Shown: positions 1 through 10,742, counted from the stretch's first letter. The stretch: DNA of 64,000 nt from Candidatus Eiseniibacteriota bacterium (GCA_963776245.1 CAVZLN010000008.1:32001-96000), one strand, 5' to 3'. Made by a program: numbers and translations. The notes: generated by a model from the sequence alone, not told the origin.

Positions 1-698
1 TCCGCGTCGCCGGGGCAGCCGCGCTCGTCCACGATGCACCCATGGGGCGTGCCGGGGCACTTGTCGCGGCCATCCGTGACGCCATCACCGTCGGTGTCCA
101 TGGCCCTGCCGCCGAAGCCGATCATCAGGCCGGCACCCACCACGATGTTGTCGATGTGCGACTTCTCGTAGTGTTCCTTGGGCACCAACAGCAGGTTCCT
201 GGCTTCCAGCCGGATGCCGATGGCGTCGGTGAATCGCACCTTGACGCCGGCCGCCGCCTCGAGCAGGCCGTCGCTCTTGTCGGTATTGAGCTGCGGGCGG
301 AACTGCGAGAAGCCGCCGCCCACCGACACGAACGGGCCGAATACGTGCTGGCTCGCCGAGGCGAGCATGAGGTTCCCCGACAGATGGCCCCAGGTCTCGT
401 TCTTGGCGTCGAACCGCTTGGCCTTCGTCAGGCCCCCGGCGAGATCGAGCCACAGGATGGAATGCAGTCGGGCACTGACGCGACCGCCGTAGTAGATGTC
501 GTTGTCGAGCAGCGGACCGGGAGGACGCTGGGTGTCCTTGTCGACCTTCAACTCCCGGTCGAAGATCGTCCAGCCGCCGAAGGGCACCACCTCGAAGCGC
601 TTCACCTCGTCGCCGACCGCCGCCCTCGCCTGGGGGCCGGCCAGCGTCGCAGCCAGTGCCAGTGCGCCGAGCATGAACCCGCGTCGAATCCGCATCAT
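1..698 (-). CDS. OmpA-family outer-membrane protein, N-terminal part (beta-barrel plus TSP type-3/Ca-binding repeat); runs off the window start
   Basis: Manual translation, absent from the ORF track because it has no stop: MMRIRRGFMLGALALAATLAGPQARA signal peptide, barrel strands (FEVVPFGGW, GPFVSVGGG, GIRLEARN), then DTDGDGVTDGRDKCPGTP..VDERGCP. GGAG RBS upstream. Confidence 0.85.
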   Translation of the reverse strand, partial: MMRIRRGFMLGALALAATLAGPQARAAVGDEVKRFEVVPFGGWTIFDRELKVDKDTQRPPGPLLDNDIYYGGRVSARLHSILWLDLAGGLTKAKRFDAKNETWGHLSGNLMLASASQHVFGPFVSVGGGFSQFRPQLNTDKSDGLLEAAAGVKVRFTDAIGIRLEARNLLLVPKEHYEKSHIDNIVVGAGLMIGFGGRAMDTDGDGVTDGRDKCPGTPHGCIVDERGCPGDA

Positions 699-911
699 GT
701 GTTCTCCGATCGAGAAGGGGGCACGGCTGGAACCGCGCGGCGATCCATGCGAATGCCGGAGAAGGCTCGATTCCTCCGCGCCGGGCGGCGATGCAGGTCG
801 GTTCCGCTCCCTGGTTCCAGGACCGGAGCCGGACCTCGGGGACGCTGGCACGATTGACGCGAGAGGACACGTCTCGGCCCTCGTACTCCTGCGCGCCATC
901 CCCGGGTGAAC

Positions 912-926
912 GCCAGATGCGTGCCA
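912..926 (-). promoter_or_regulatory. Putative sigma54 (-24/-12) promoter for ompA
   Basis: TGGCACGCATCTGGC (GG-N10-GC); resembles TGGCATCAATCTGGC at 23411. Confidence 0.55.
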
Positions 927-1028
927 CTCACCGTGGGAGCGCGGGCCGCGGTCTCAACTCCATTCCTGAATGTGTCCTGGAGCAGCGACTTCGCGCACGG
1001 AACGAGAAATATCGGACCACGGAGGTCC

Positions 1029-1072
1029 TTGAAAATCGTTCCGTCGAACGGAAGCTTTTTCAACCCGGTCCC
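1029..1072. promoter_or_regulatory. Putative activator-binding site (motif B, copy 1)
   Basis: Palindrome TTGAAAA-N21-TTTTCAA at 1029-1063; 1048-1072 matches the reverse complement of 23257-23281 at 23/25 nt. Confidence 0.6.
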
Positions 1073-1123
1073 CTGCGCGCCGACGACATCGTCGCGCCCG
1101 CGATGGGACCGATCGGAGGCACC

Positions 1124-2837
1124 TTGTCGAAGTCGTCCGGATCGCACCCCCCCCGCGCTCGCGCGTGGGATCGGCCGCGGTCGTCGTCGCGCCCGCAGCG
1201 GCCCCTGCGGACCGGCCTGATCCTGGTCGCGTGCGCCCTGACGGCGGTCGCCGGCGGCTGTGGCCGGTCCGCGGTGTCATCGCGGGCCGTCGACCAGCAA
1301 CTGCGAACGCGCGTGGCCGGGCTCGATGGCAAGCCCCCGCGCGTGCATGGCGAATCGCTCCTGCGATCCAGCGCGGTCGTCGCCTTCTATCGCGCGCGCG
1401 GCTTCAGCCCGGCCTGGTCCTCGCCGGGAGTGCCGGAGAAGGTCGTCGCGTCCATCCGCGGCATCGAGCGCGACGGCCTCACGGCCACCGACTACCACCT
1501 CGACACCCTGCAGGCGCTGATGCGGCGGCGCGAGAGCGCGCCCGCGGCGGGCCTGGAAGCGGACCTCGATCTGCTCCTGACCGACGCCATCGCGGGCCTG
1601 ATCGATCACGTCCGATATGGACGAGTCCGGCCGGTCTCGCTCGATCCCGGCTGGAACGTGAACCCGCGTGAAGGCGCTCCCCCGCTCGAGACGGAACTGG
1701 AGCGGATCGCGGCCGCGCCCTCGCCCCCGGAGGCGATCGAAGCCGCCCGGCCTCCGCACTTCATCTACCGGGGGCTGGTCGGCGCGCTCGCCCGGTTGAG
1801 GGAGATCCAGGCGCAGGGCGGCTGGCCCGTCATCCGCCGCCGGCAAGACCATCGCGCCCGGCGGGATCGACCCCCGCATCCCGGCGATCCGCTCACGCCT
1901 GGCGAAGAGCGGGGAGCTCACGGGACCCGCCGCGCGCGACTCGACGCGATATGACGACCGGCTGCGCAAGGCCGTCGAGTTGTTCCGCAGCCGGCATCGG
2001 CTCGACGCCGGCGGCACGCTGGATGCCGCCACGATCGAGGCGATGAACGTGAGCGTGAAGGTGCGCGTCGATCAGGTCCGCGCGAACCTCGAGCGTTCGC
2101 GCTGGGTGATCAACGGGCTCGAGGACGACTTCGTGCTGGTGAACCTTCCCGCCTACAAGGTGTACCTGATCCGTGGCGGAAAGAACGTCTGGGAGACCCG
2201 CTCCCAGATCGGCAAGGAGGTGCGCATGACGCCGACGTTTCGCGCGGACATGCGGACCGTGGTCTTCAATCCGGATTGGACGGTGCCGCCCACGATCCTC
2301 GCGGAGGACGTGCTCGATGGCATGCGGAAGGGCGAGAATCCGCTCGCTCGCAAGCATCTCGTGGTCCTGGATCAGGCCGGCCACGAGGTGAACCCGGCCT
2401 CCATCGACTGGAAGAGGGCCACGCCCGAGAACTTCCGCTACACGCTTCGCCAGCCTCCCGGCGAGGACAACGCGCTGGGCCAGGTGAAGTTCCTGTTCCC
2501 GAACCCGTTCTCGATCTACCTGCACGACACACCGCACCGGGAGTTGTTCGCGGCCGATCAGCGCACGTTCAGCTCGGGGTGCATCCGGATCGAGCATCCG
2601 CTCGAACTGGCGGAGCAGCTGCTCTCCGGGCAGGACGGCTGGACGCGCGAGCGGATCCAGCGGGTCGCGGCCACCGACGACATGCAGAACGTGGCGCTCG
2701 AGCACTCGCTGCCCGTGTTGATCGTGTACTGGACCGTGAGCGTCGGAGCGTCGGGTGAGATCCGGTACATGCGCGATGTCTACGATCTGGATCCGCCGCT
2801 GATCGCCGCGCTGAACGCTCCGTTGAGCCGGCATTGA
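1124..2837 (+). CDS. L,D-transpeptidase, YcbB/LdtD-like lipoprotein (one frameshift near 1835)
   Basis: GGAGG then TTG start; lipobox-like VAGGC; scaffold domain (DLLLTDA); PG-binding domain; YkuD motif IYLHDTP..FSSGCIR. ORFs 791-1954 and 1980-2837 join with a one-base shift. Confidence 0.85.
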
Positions 2838-2876
2838 GGTGCCGCGAGGCCGTCGGCTCCGCGCCGCCCGGGCGAG

Positions 2877-3071
2877 CTAGCCCCGTCCGACCCTGACGTT
2901 GGCGAGATTCCCGATCAGGCCGAACGCGCTCAGCAGCCAGAGCACGACGGCGACTACGACGACGATGTTGAGCAGCTTCTTGATCTTCCCGTCCATCGGG
3001 ATGTACGAGTTGACCAGCCACAACAACACCCCGACGACGATCAGGGTGACGACGACGTTGAGCAGTGGCAT
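2877..3071 (-). CDS. Small two-TM membrane protein (Thivi_2564-like family)
   Basis: MPLLNVVVTLIVVGVLLWLVNSYIPMDGKIKKLLNIVVVVAVVLWLL; GGAGG RBS. Confidence 0.8.
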   Translation of the reverse strand: MPLLNVVVTLIVVGVLLWLVNSYIPMDGKIKKLLNIVVVVAVVLWLLSAFGLIGNLANVRVGRG

Positions 3072-3148
3072 CTGGACCTCCGATGGCATGCGTCCCGGCG
3101 ATCGACGGGATGGAAGCCGCCACGATGCCGGGACTCAGCGGTCGGAAC

Positions 3149-3163
3149 GCAGGAACCATGCCA
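3149..3163 (-). promoter_or_regulatory. Putative sigma54 promoter for the small membrane protein
   Basis: TGGCATGGTTCCTGC (GG-N10-GC) about 80 nt upstream of the ATG. Confidence 0.5.
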
Positions 3164-3234
3164 CGCGGATCACCCGGCACTGACCCGATCACCGATACGG
3201 GGGCGGGCCACAGTCACTACGAAGGGGAGGCGGA

Positions 3235-4935
3235 TTGCGCATCGCGGCGATCGACATCGGCACCAACTCGATCCACATGGTGATCGCCCGCTCGACCGGA
3301 GCGGCGGGCTTCGAACTGGCGGATCGCGAGCGCGAGGTGGTGCAGATCGGACGCGGTTCGTTCGCGTCCGGGCGCCTGCAGGCCGCCGCGATGCGGCGTA
3401 CCCTCGAGGCGCTCAAGCGCTTCGTCGACCTGGCGCGCCGACGGCAGGTGGACCGGATCCTGTGCACCGCGACGGCGGCGGTGCGCGAGGCGCGCAACGG
3501 CGGCCAGTTCATCGACGCCGCTCGCGAGGTCTCGGGCATCACGCCCCGCGTCATCCCACCGGAAGAGGAAGGCCGCCTGATCTATCTCGCGGTCAAGGGC
3601 GCGCTCCGATTCGGCACCCAGCCCGCGCTGATCGTCGACATCGGCGGGGGCAGCGCGCAACTGGTGGTGGCGGACGGCGAGCGATTGATCGAATCCCGGA
3701 GCGCGCCACTCGGAGCGCTGCGCCTCACCGAACGACTGCTGCACCTCCGATCCACCCACGCGGCGCGACCTGGCGCGGCTGTGGCGCCACGTGCGCCACG
3801 TCTCGGCCGAGCCGCTCGCGGCGATCGCCGCGCTCGAGCCCGTCCGGGTCTACGGCTCTTCGGGCTCGATCCACGCGCTTGCCGAGCTCGCGCATCACGA
3901 AGAAACCGGACGTCCGCTCGCCCACCTCAATGGGCACGTCCTGCCCGCGTGCCTCGCTCGAACGCCTGCTCCGGAGATTGCAGCGCATGACGTCTCGCGG
4001 AACGCGAGAAGCTGCCGGGCCTCGATCCCCGGCGGGCCGAGATCATCGTGCCGGGCGCCGTCGTTCTCGCGCACATCCTGAAGACGCTCGAGGCCGACAG
4101 CATCACGATCTCGGACTTCGGCGTGCGCGAAGGACTGGTGATCGACTACCTGGCATCGCACGGCCGCGAGATCCACGCGCTCGGCGACATCGAGGACCTC
4201 CGGTTCCGCAGCGTGCTGCAGATGCTCCAGAAGTTCCAGCCCGAGGACCGCCACCTGCGTCATGCCCGGCACGTGGCGCGCCTCTCGCTGGTCCTGTTCG
4301 ACGCCCTGCGCAAGCGTCACGGCCTCGACCACGAGGCGCGCGATCTGCTTCACTTCGCGGCGCTGCTGCACGACGTCGGGGCGGTGGTGGACTACGACCG
4401 CCATGCGGTGCACTCGTCGTACCTGATCCGTAACGGCAAGCTGCGCGGCCTGTCCGCCGAGGAGGTCGGGATGATCGCGCTGGTGGCCCACTACCACGGC
4501 AAGGCGCGGCCGCGGAAGCGGGACGACACGCTCGACTCGCTGGACAAGCGCCGGCGTCGGACGGTGCGCTGGTTGTCGGCGATGCTCCGGATCGCCGAGG
4601 GACTCGACCGCAGCCACTACCAGCTGGTCCAGGATCTCGAGGTCGCTTCGGGACGCGGCCGGGTATCACTGCGACTCACCGTGCGCCGCGGGGCGGGACT
4701 CGAGCAATGGGCCGCCCGTCGCCGCACCGATCTGCTCGCGCGGCTGCTGGGTGCGCGCGTCGCGATCACGATCAAGCGCTCGACGGACGCGCCGGGCGCG
4801 GCCCGCAGGCGCCGGCCCGCCGGGACGGCGAAGCCGGCAGCGGCCAAGATGAGGATCCCGCGACTCGCGCCGCCGGCCCCCGCGCGGGGCACCGAGCGTA
4901 GGCGCAAGGCGCTCGTGTCACGGACGAGCGCGTGA
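3235..4935 (+). CDS. ppx: Exopolyphosphatase Ppx/GppA with HD domain (frameshifts at about 3745-4010)
   Basis: RIAAIDIGTNSIH, ATAAVREARN, EEEGRL, DIGGGS, GVREG, LLHDVG, GLDRSH; basic C-terminal tail. Confidence 0.9.
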
Positions 4936-5844
4936 GGGCGCGGCGCGCGCGCGCGGGGACGGCGGGGCCGGAGCGTGATCGGGAGCGGCGGATCGAACTG
5001 CGTTCTGGAACTCGGCCATGCGCACGGCACGTTCGGCCTCGAGGTGTTCCAGCACCTCGAGCAGCCCGGGGAGGGCCGCGCGCAGGTCCGAGGGCTCGCG
5101 CCGCGCGATCGTGCGGACGACGCGCTCCCGCAGCACGCGCAGGTCCTGGATCCGCCCCAGGGCGTCCTGGATGGCCTTGAGCGCTTCGCGTCCCGGAGCC
5201 TGTTCCTCCGGCCTCACCGCCGCGAGGCGCTCGACCGAGTAGCGCCAGCGCTTGACCGCCACCCGGGCCGAGTGGAGGAGCGTCGTCCGTCGGGGCCGCC
5301 TGCGCTTCGCGCAGGGCCGCTTCCGCGCGCGCGCGGCGGACGCCGATCCGCGCTCCCGCCCGCTCGAGCCACGTGGCGGATGCACGCGGGGCGGCCATGG
5401 AGCCCGGCCAGGCCTGCTCGATCCGCCGCAGCAGGCGGGCGGTGTTCCCGCGCCCGCAGAGCCTCGCGGCACGCTCGTCCAGCCGCTCGATCCGGCCTTG
5501 CGCGCCCGCCATCACCTGCAGGGCGACGCCGCGGCCCTCGGGCGAGAGATGGGGCGCCCGCTCGTTCAGCAGAGCCAGGCTGGCGCGCGCCTCACGCGCT
5601 GGCCCCAGGGACCTTCGCAACTCGCGCAGGGCCCGGCGGGCCCGGCGCGCCGGGCGGCGTCGAAGCGTCCCGCGCCAGAGATCGAGCGCCGCCTCGAACT
5701 GTCTCGCCGCCACGCGGAGGTCGTGCACGGCATCCGCGTCCGCGCGGCGGCGCACGCGCCGGGCCGCCCCGGCCAGGCGCTCGAGCAGTCCCTCGCGGTC
5801 GGATTCGTGACGTGAAGCCGCGGCCGCGGTGCTCGCGAGGATCA
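4918..5844 (-). CDS. CHAD-domain (polyphosphate-binding) protein; frameshift near 5283; start uncertain
   Basis: AVHDLRVAARQ, LHSARVAVKRWRY and IQDALGRIQDL are typical CHAD motifs; next to ppx. Confidence 0.75.
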
Positions 5845-6564
5845 GCGCTCCGCCGGCGGATGGGCCGACCGCCGCCCGGCCTGCAGCAGGTGGGAGACGT
5901 GCTGCGCACAGCTCCTCCGAGATGTCGTCGATGGAACGCGTCGCGTCGATGGTGTTGAACTGATACTCCTCGGCCAGCGCGTCGAGTTCTTCGATCACGC
6001 GCCGCTGGTAGTGGATGAACGACTCGTAGAGGTCCTCTCCCATCGGCAGGTCCATGCCCGATTCCCAGTAGTCGAAGCCCCCGGCCTGCAGCACGCGTGG
6101 CACCAGGCTCGGACACCTCGATGCGCAGGTAGTACACGGCGTCGGGCTTGAGCGAGAAGGAGAGCACCCGTTTGATCCAGTCGGGGTCGGCCTTGCGCAC
6201 GATCGCCCGCGCGACCAGCGAGTAGAGATAGCGATCCGTGAGGACGACGAACCCGGCCCGCAGCATCGGCACGATCCGGTTCTCGAGCTGGTCCGCGAAA
6301 TCCGTCGCGTAGAAGAGATTGAACGCCGTGGAGCCGAGCGTGTTGCCCTGCTTCGCGCGGCGGATCCCGCGGCTCGCGAGGTCGGAACGATTCAGCCCCA
6401 TCTCCGCGACCGCGTAGCCGAGCCGCTCGAGATGGGCGCGCAGCCGATCGACCACGGTCGTGCGACCCGACGCCGTCGGTGCCCTCGATCACGATGAGCC
6501 AGCCCGTGAGCTCGGTGGGGTCCACGCCCGGGATGGGGATGCCGTACGACTCAAACCCGTTCAT
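5842..6564 (-). CDS. Thymidylate-kinase-like protein 2 with degenerate P-loop (frameshifts near 6463, 6110 and possibly 5908)
   Basis: LIVIEGTDGVG(R)TT, FYATDFADQLENRIVPMLRAGFVVLTDRY, FDYWESGMD. Confidence 0.8.
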
Positions 6565-7258
6565 ACGCGAGCGCCTCTCCTCCCGGCACGGGCAGGTGCG
6601 GCCGGATCGCCTCGCGCAGGAGCCGCTGCTGGATCTCCACGGGCTGCGTGGCGTCCATCACGACCAGGCCGAACTCCTGCACCAGCTTCTCGTATTCGAT
6701 CAGGATGCGGGACTGGAAGATCCGGTAGGACTCCTGGGGATCGGCGTGCAGCCCCAGGTCCATGCCGGCCTCGTACCACTTGAGCTTGGGGCGCCCCGAG
6801 AGGATGCGACGCAGCGCGGTCTCGAGCGGCACGCGGAAGTAGAAGGCCTTCGTCGGGGTCGCGGCGAATCGGTAGAGCGAGCGCAGCCATGAAGGCGAGA
6901 CGGCGCGCACGACGTCACGCGCGAACGCGGTATAGACGTAGCGGTCCGCCAGCACGATCGCGCCGGCCTTGAGCGAGGGGATGATCTCGCGCTCGATGCG
7001 ATCGGAGAAGTCGGTGGCGTGGATGAGCGAGAAGGTCAGCGGCGTGAGCAGCCGCCGCCGCTTGCCGCGCGACGTCGTGGCCTTGACGATCGCCGAGGAG
7101 TTCCACTCCGTGTACACGACCGGGTGGCCCTCGCTCTTGAGCCACTGGGCGAGCAGGGTGAGCTGCGTGCTCTTGCCCGACCCGTCGATGCCTTCGACGA
7201 TGAACAGACGGCCGGCGGGCGGATGCGGAATGTCACCGTAACTGCGCGAAAGGGTCAT
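6551..7258 (-). CDS. Thymidylate-kinase-like protein 1 with intact P-loop
   Basis: FIVEGIDGSGKSTQ, EWNSS, HATDFSDR, LADRY, KWYEAGMD; ATGA overlap with the sixA stop. Confidence 0.85.
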   Translation of the reverse strand: MTLSRSYGDIPHPPAGRLFIVEGIDGSGKSTQLTLLAQWLKSEGHPVVYTEWNSSAIVKATTSRGKRRRLLTPLTFSLIHATDFSDRIEREIIPSLKAGAIVLADRYVYTAFARDVVRAVSPSWLRSLYRFAATPTKAFYFRVPLETALRRILSGRPKLKWYEAGMDLGLHADPQESYRIFQSRILIEYEKLVQEFGLVVMDATQPVEIQQRLLREAIRPHLPVPGGEALAYERV

Positions 7259-7767
7259 GTGCGGAGCTTCCGGGTGAGGTACTGCTTCAGCAAGCGGGGT
7301 GGCATGAACCAGGACAGGCGGCCGGCGCCCTCGCGCGGCTCGGCCTCGAAGCGGATCTCGCACGCCCCCGCCTTCTTGAGCGCGATGCTCACCGGCGCGC
7401 CGAACAACAGCATGCCCGCGAGCGCGCCGAGATCGGGCTCGTGCCCGACCAGCAGCACGGTCCGATCCGACGTGTGGGCCGCGAGGAACCCGAGGATCCG
7501 GGCGTGGGATCCTCCGGGGCCCAGATCCTCGAGCTCTTCGATCAATTCGACGCCGAGCACGTGCGCCAGCACGCGCGCCGTCTGCCGCGCGCGCGCGAAC
7601 GGGCTGGTCCCGATGGTCCCGACATCCAGCCCGAGCGCCGACAGTCCGTTCGCGACCGCGCGCGTGAGCTGGGCGCCCTGCGACGTCAGGGGGCGCACGC
7701 TGTCGTCCGGCCAGCGCTCGGGATCGCGGCCACCGGCCGGGCCGTGGCGGAACAGGATGACGCGCAT
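7255..7767 (-). CDS. sixA: Phosphohistidine phosphatase, SixA family
   Basis: MRVILFRHG, RPLT, TSPFARARQTA, LLVGHEP. Confidence 0.85.
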   Translation of the reverse strand: MRVILFRHGPAGGRDPERWPDDSVRPLTSQGAQLTRAVANGLSALGLDVGTIGTSPFARARQTARVLAHVLGVELIEELEDLGPGGSHARILGFLAAHTSDRTVLLVGHEPDLGALAGMLLFGAPVSIALKKAGACEIRFEAEPREGAGRLSWFMPPRLLKQYLTRKLRT

Positions 7768-7795
7768 CGGTGTGGGTCCCCGCGGTTCGACGGGC

Positions 7796-7811
7796 TGGCA
7801 GCCGGCTTGCA
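7796..7811 (+). promoter_or_regulatory. Putative sigma54 promoter for ppk2
   Basis: TGGCAGCCGGCTTGCA, near consensus TGGCAC-N5-TTGCA. Confidence 0.65.
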
Positions 7812-7877
7812 TGGTCTTCGATGATATCGGGACACGAAGGCTCCACACCCACCCAACCGACGTGCCGCAGGCGCGGG

Positions 7878-8714
7878 ATGGAGGACTCCTTGAACAGCCG
7901 TACGACGAGGCACATGCAAGTTCGCGGCCGGACCGTCCACCTGGCCGACTGGGACCCCGGGTCCACTCCCGGGTGCTCGGACAAGGAGGAGGCGGCCAAG
8001 CGATTGGCGAAGAACCTCGCCCGCATCGACGTGCAGCAGTATCGCCTGTTCGCCGAGGCGCGCCGATCGTTGCTGATCGTGCTCCAGGGCATGGACACCT
8101 CCGGAAAGGACGGCCTGATCCGCAATGTCATGACCGTGTTCAACCCGCAGGGCTGCCGCGTGTGGCCGTTCAAGGTGCCCACGACCGAGGAGGCCGCACA
8201 CGACTTCCTGTGGCGCATCCATCGCGCGGCGCCGGCCCGCGGCGAGATCTCGATCTTCAATCGTTCGCACTACGAGGACGTGCTCGTCGTCCGCGTGCAC
8301 GATCTCGTGCCGACACCGGTCTGGTCGCATCGCTACAAGACGATCAATGCGTTCGAGCGCCACCTCCACGTGCAGGGAACCCAGGTGATCAAGCTGTTCC
8401 TGCACATCAGCCGCAAGGAACAGCGGGAGCGCCTGCTCGCACGCCTCGACGATCCGCTCAAGCGCTGGAAGTTCAGCGACGCCGACCTCCTCGAGCGCGA
8501 TCACTGGCGCGCGTATCAGCGCGCGTACGAGGATGCGCTCGCTCGCTGCAGCACGCGGCACGCGCCGTGGTACGTCATCCCGGCGAACAACAAGTGGTAC
8601 CGCGACCTGGCGGTCTCCGAGGTGCTGGCGGAGACGCTCGAGAAGATGGACCCCAGGCTGCCCCGGGTGAAGCTGGATGCGAAGGGGCTGCGCGCGAAGT
8701 TGATGGCCTCCTGA
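7878..8714 (+). CDS. ppk2: Polyphosphate kinase 2 family, class III-like (alternative starts TTG 7890 or ATG 7914)
   Basis: Walker A QGMDTSGKDG, FKVPT, HDFLWR, FNRSHYEDV, KRWKFS, APWYVIPA. Confidence 0.9.
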   Translation: MEDSLNSRTTRHMQVRGRTVHLADWDPGSTPGCSDKEEAAKRLAKNLARIDVQQYRLFAEARRSLLIVLQGMDTSGKDGLIRNVMTVFNPQGCRVWPFKVPTTEEAAHDFLWRIHRAAPARGEISIFNRSHYEDVLVVRVHDLVPTPVWSHRYKTINAFERHLHVQGTQVIKLFLHISRKEQRERLLARLDDPLKRWKFSDADLLERDHWRAYQRAYEDALARCSTRHAPWYVIPANNKWYRDLAVSEVLAETLEKMDPRLPRVKLDAKGLRAKLMAS

Positions 8715-8795
8715 AGCCCGCCGTGGGCCGGCTCGGGGCCTCCGCGCGGTTCCCCGCGACTCTCCCCCCGGCGGGAGAGCGCCGCCCGGCCGCGC

Positions 8796-8833
8796 TTGTA
8801 AGACCTGCTGGAAGGTGCCGGTAGGTCTTACAA
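8796..8833. promoter_or_regulatory. Palindromic upstream activator sequence (motif A, copy 1)
   Basis: TTGTAAGACCT-N16-AGGTCTTACAA, a perfect 11-bp inverted repeat; homologous to 23081-23117. Confidence 0.7.
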
Positions 8834-8901
8834 CCAGGCGCCGCCCCCCTGCGGTTTGCTCCCCTCTGGACCCGATTCACGGCTCCCCGCTCGGTCCGGG
8901 A

Positions 8902-8920
8902 CTGGCACAAGAAGTGCCCT
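8902..8920 (+). promoter_or_regulatory. Putative sigma54 promoter of the PAP2-DUF1206-lipid kinase operon
   Basis: CTGGCACAAGAAGTGCCCT (GG-N10-GC); identical to the reverse complement of 22993-23011. Confidence 0.75.
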
Positions 8921-9002
8921 TCATCCGGGTCCATGACGCTGTTCGATCCGTCCGAGCCCGGTGCCTCGTCGCCGGCGGGCGAGTCCTTCGAACGGAGAAC
9001 CG

Positions 9003-9806
9003 ATGCAGAAGGCAGTGGCGGGACCGCAGCCGGCGCCGACCGCGGTGCCCGAAACACTCAAGAAGCTCGACGACGCCGTCATCGCGCCCCGCCACGTCCG
9101 TCGCTATCGCGCGGCGGCGTTCCAGATCTACGTGCTGGTCGCGGCCGTCGTGTTCGTGGTGCTGGCGGTGGTCGCCCACTCGGTCGCCTACTTCCCCATC
9201 GATCTTACCATCACGCGCGCGGTCCAGAGCTACCCCGGCCACCTGTTCCACCATCTGATGTACGGCGTGAGCTGGACGGGGTTCTTCCCGCAGGTGGCGC
9301 TCATCGGCCTCGGCGTGATCCTGGCGCTGTGGCTCGGGGGCCTGCGCTGGGAGGCGGCCGCCACGGTGGTCGCGACTCTGAGCGCGGCGGTGGGCGCGCT
9401 GATCAAGCTCATCGTCTCCCGCCCACGGCCGAACGTGGACCTGGTGCAGGTGTTCGCGCAGCTCTCGTCCTCCGGGTTCCCGAGCGGGCACGTGCTGTTG
9501 TGCACGGCGTTCGTCGGCTTCCTCGTCTTCCTGTGCTATACGCTGCTCAAGCCCTCCGTCGGCCGCACCCTCGGGATCGCGGCGCTGTTCATCATCATCG
9601 TGCTCATGGGACCTTCGCGGATCTACATGGGTCAGCACTGGTTCAGCGACGTGATGGGCGCCTACCTGTTCGGCAGCCTCTGGCTGGCGCTCACGATCAA
9701 GGTCTACATCTGGGGCAAGCCGCGGTACTTCGTCCACCAACCGGTGGCGCCGGCGGAGCCCGTCGCACCGGCGGGCGCCGCCTCCGCCTCCATCGGCACG
9801 AGCTAG
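9003..9806 (+). CDS. PAP2-family membrane phosphatase
   Basis: KLIVSRPRP, FPSGH, SRIYMGQHWFSDV; several TM helices; GGAG RBS. Confidence 0.9.
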   Translation: MQKAVAGPQPAPTAVPETLKKLDDAVIAPRHVRRYRAAAFQIYVLVAAVVFVVLAVVAHSVAYFPIDLTITRAVQSYPGHLFHHLMYGVSWTGFFPQVALIGLGVILALWLGGLRWEAAATVVATLSAAVGALIKLIVSRPRPNVDLVQVFAQLSSSGFPSGHVLLCTAFVGFLVFLCYTLLKPSVGRTLGIAALFIIIVLMGPSRIYMGQHWFSDVMGAYLFGSLWLALTIKVYIWGKPRYFVHQPVAPAEPVAPAGAASASIGTS

Positions 9807-9816
9807 GAACGACGCG

Positions 9817-10728
9817 ATGACGCTTTCCGGGGTGCCCCGGCCATTCGCGGTCGCCCGTGCCGGACGAAGCGCGGGTGAGAAGGCGCGCGAGGTGGCCGCG
9901 AACCCCTGGATCGAGCGACTCGCGCGCTTCGGCCACGTCGTCCGCGGGATCATCTACTTCCTCCCCGGAGCGCTGGCGTTGAAACTCGCCCTCGGCCAGC
10001 ACGGCCAGACGACCACCCAGGCGGGGGCGATCGACCTCATCGCCCAGCAGCCGCTCGGCTGGTTGCTCCTCCCGGCCGTCGCCGTGGGCCTCGCGGGCTA
10101 CTCGATGTGGGGCCTCGTCCGCGCGGTGTTCGATCCGCTGCGCCGTGGGCACTCCCCGGTCGGACTCGCACAGCGCTTCGGCTATGCCATGAGCGCCATC
10201 GCGTACGCTGGCCTGCTCGCGGCCACGCTGCGCTACCTGGCGGGTGCCCTGTCCCACGTCGCGCCGGCGCAGGACTGGACCGTGGGGCTCCTGGGCCAGC
10301 CATTCGGGGCCCTGCTGGTGGGCATCGTGGGCGCGTGCTGGATCCTCGGCTCGGGACTTCCGCAGATCGTGGAGGGTTGGCGCGCGGGCTTCGCCCGCGA
10401 TCTCGCGCTCGAGCGCATGGGTGCCCGCGAGCGCCGCTGGGCGATGCGGCTCGGGCGGGTGGGATCGATCGCGCGCGGCATCGTCTTCACGATCATCGGC
10501 ATGCTGCTCGTCTCCGCCGCGCTGCACCGGAGTCCCCTCGGCGAGGGCGGCCTCGACGGGGCCTTGCTCGCGCTCCTCCACCATCCATTCGGCCGATCGC
10601 TCCTCGGCGCGGCGGGCGCAGGCCTGATGGCCTTCGGAATCTACTCGGCGATGTGCGCCCGCTGGATGCGGATGCACGGGACCGGGTCCGCTCCCGCCCC
10701 ACCCTCGTCCCCCATCTCACTTTCATGA
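9817..10728 (+). CDS. DUF1206-like multi-TM membrane protein
   Basis: WIERLARFGHVVRGIIY, QQPLG, GSIARGIVF, GGLDGAL, HPFG; three-fold repeat pattern. Confidence 0.8.
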   Translation: MTLSGVPRPFAVARAGRSAGEKAREVAANPWIERLARFGHVVRGIIYFLPGALALKLALGQHGQTTTQAGAIDLIAQQPLGWLLLPAVAVGLAGYSMWGLVRAVFDPLRRGHSPVGLAQRFGYAMSAIAYAGLLAATLRYLAGALSHVAPAQDWTVGLLGQPFGALLVGIVGACWILGSGLPQIVEGWRAGFARDLALERMGARERRWAMRLGRVGSIARGIVFTIIGMLLVSAALHRSPLGEGGLDGALLALLHHPFGRSLLGAAGAGLMAFGIYSAMCARWMRMHGTGSAPAPPSSPISLS

Positions 10729-10742
10729 GGTCCGATACGCAC

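Noticed and set aside
846..860. TGGCACGATTGACGC as a sigma54 promoter for the L,D-transpeptidase; also a weak site at 37524-37539
   Set aside because: They fit GG-N10-GC but have a poor -12 or -24 context, and chance matches are common in GC-rich DNA.
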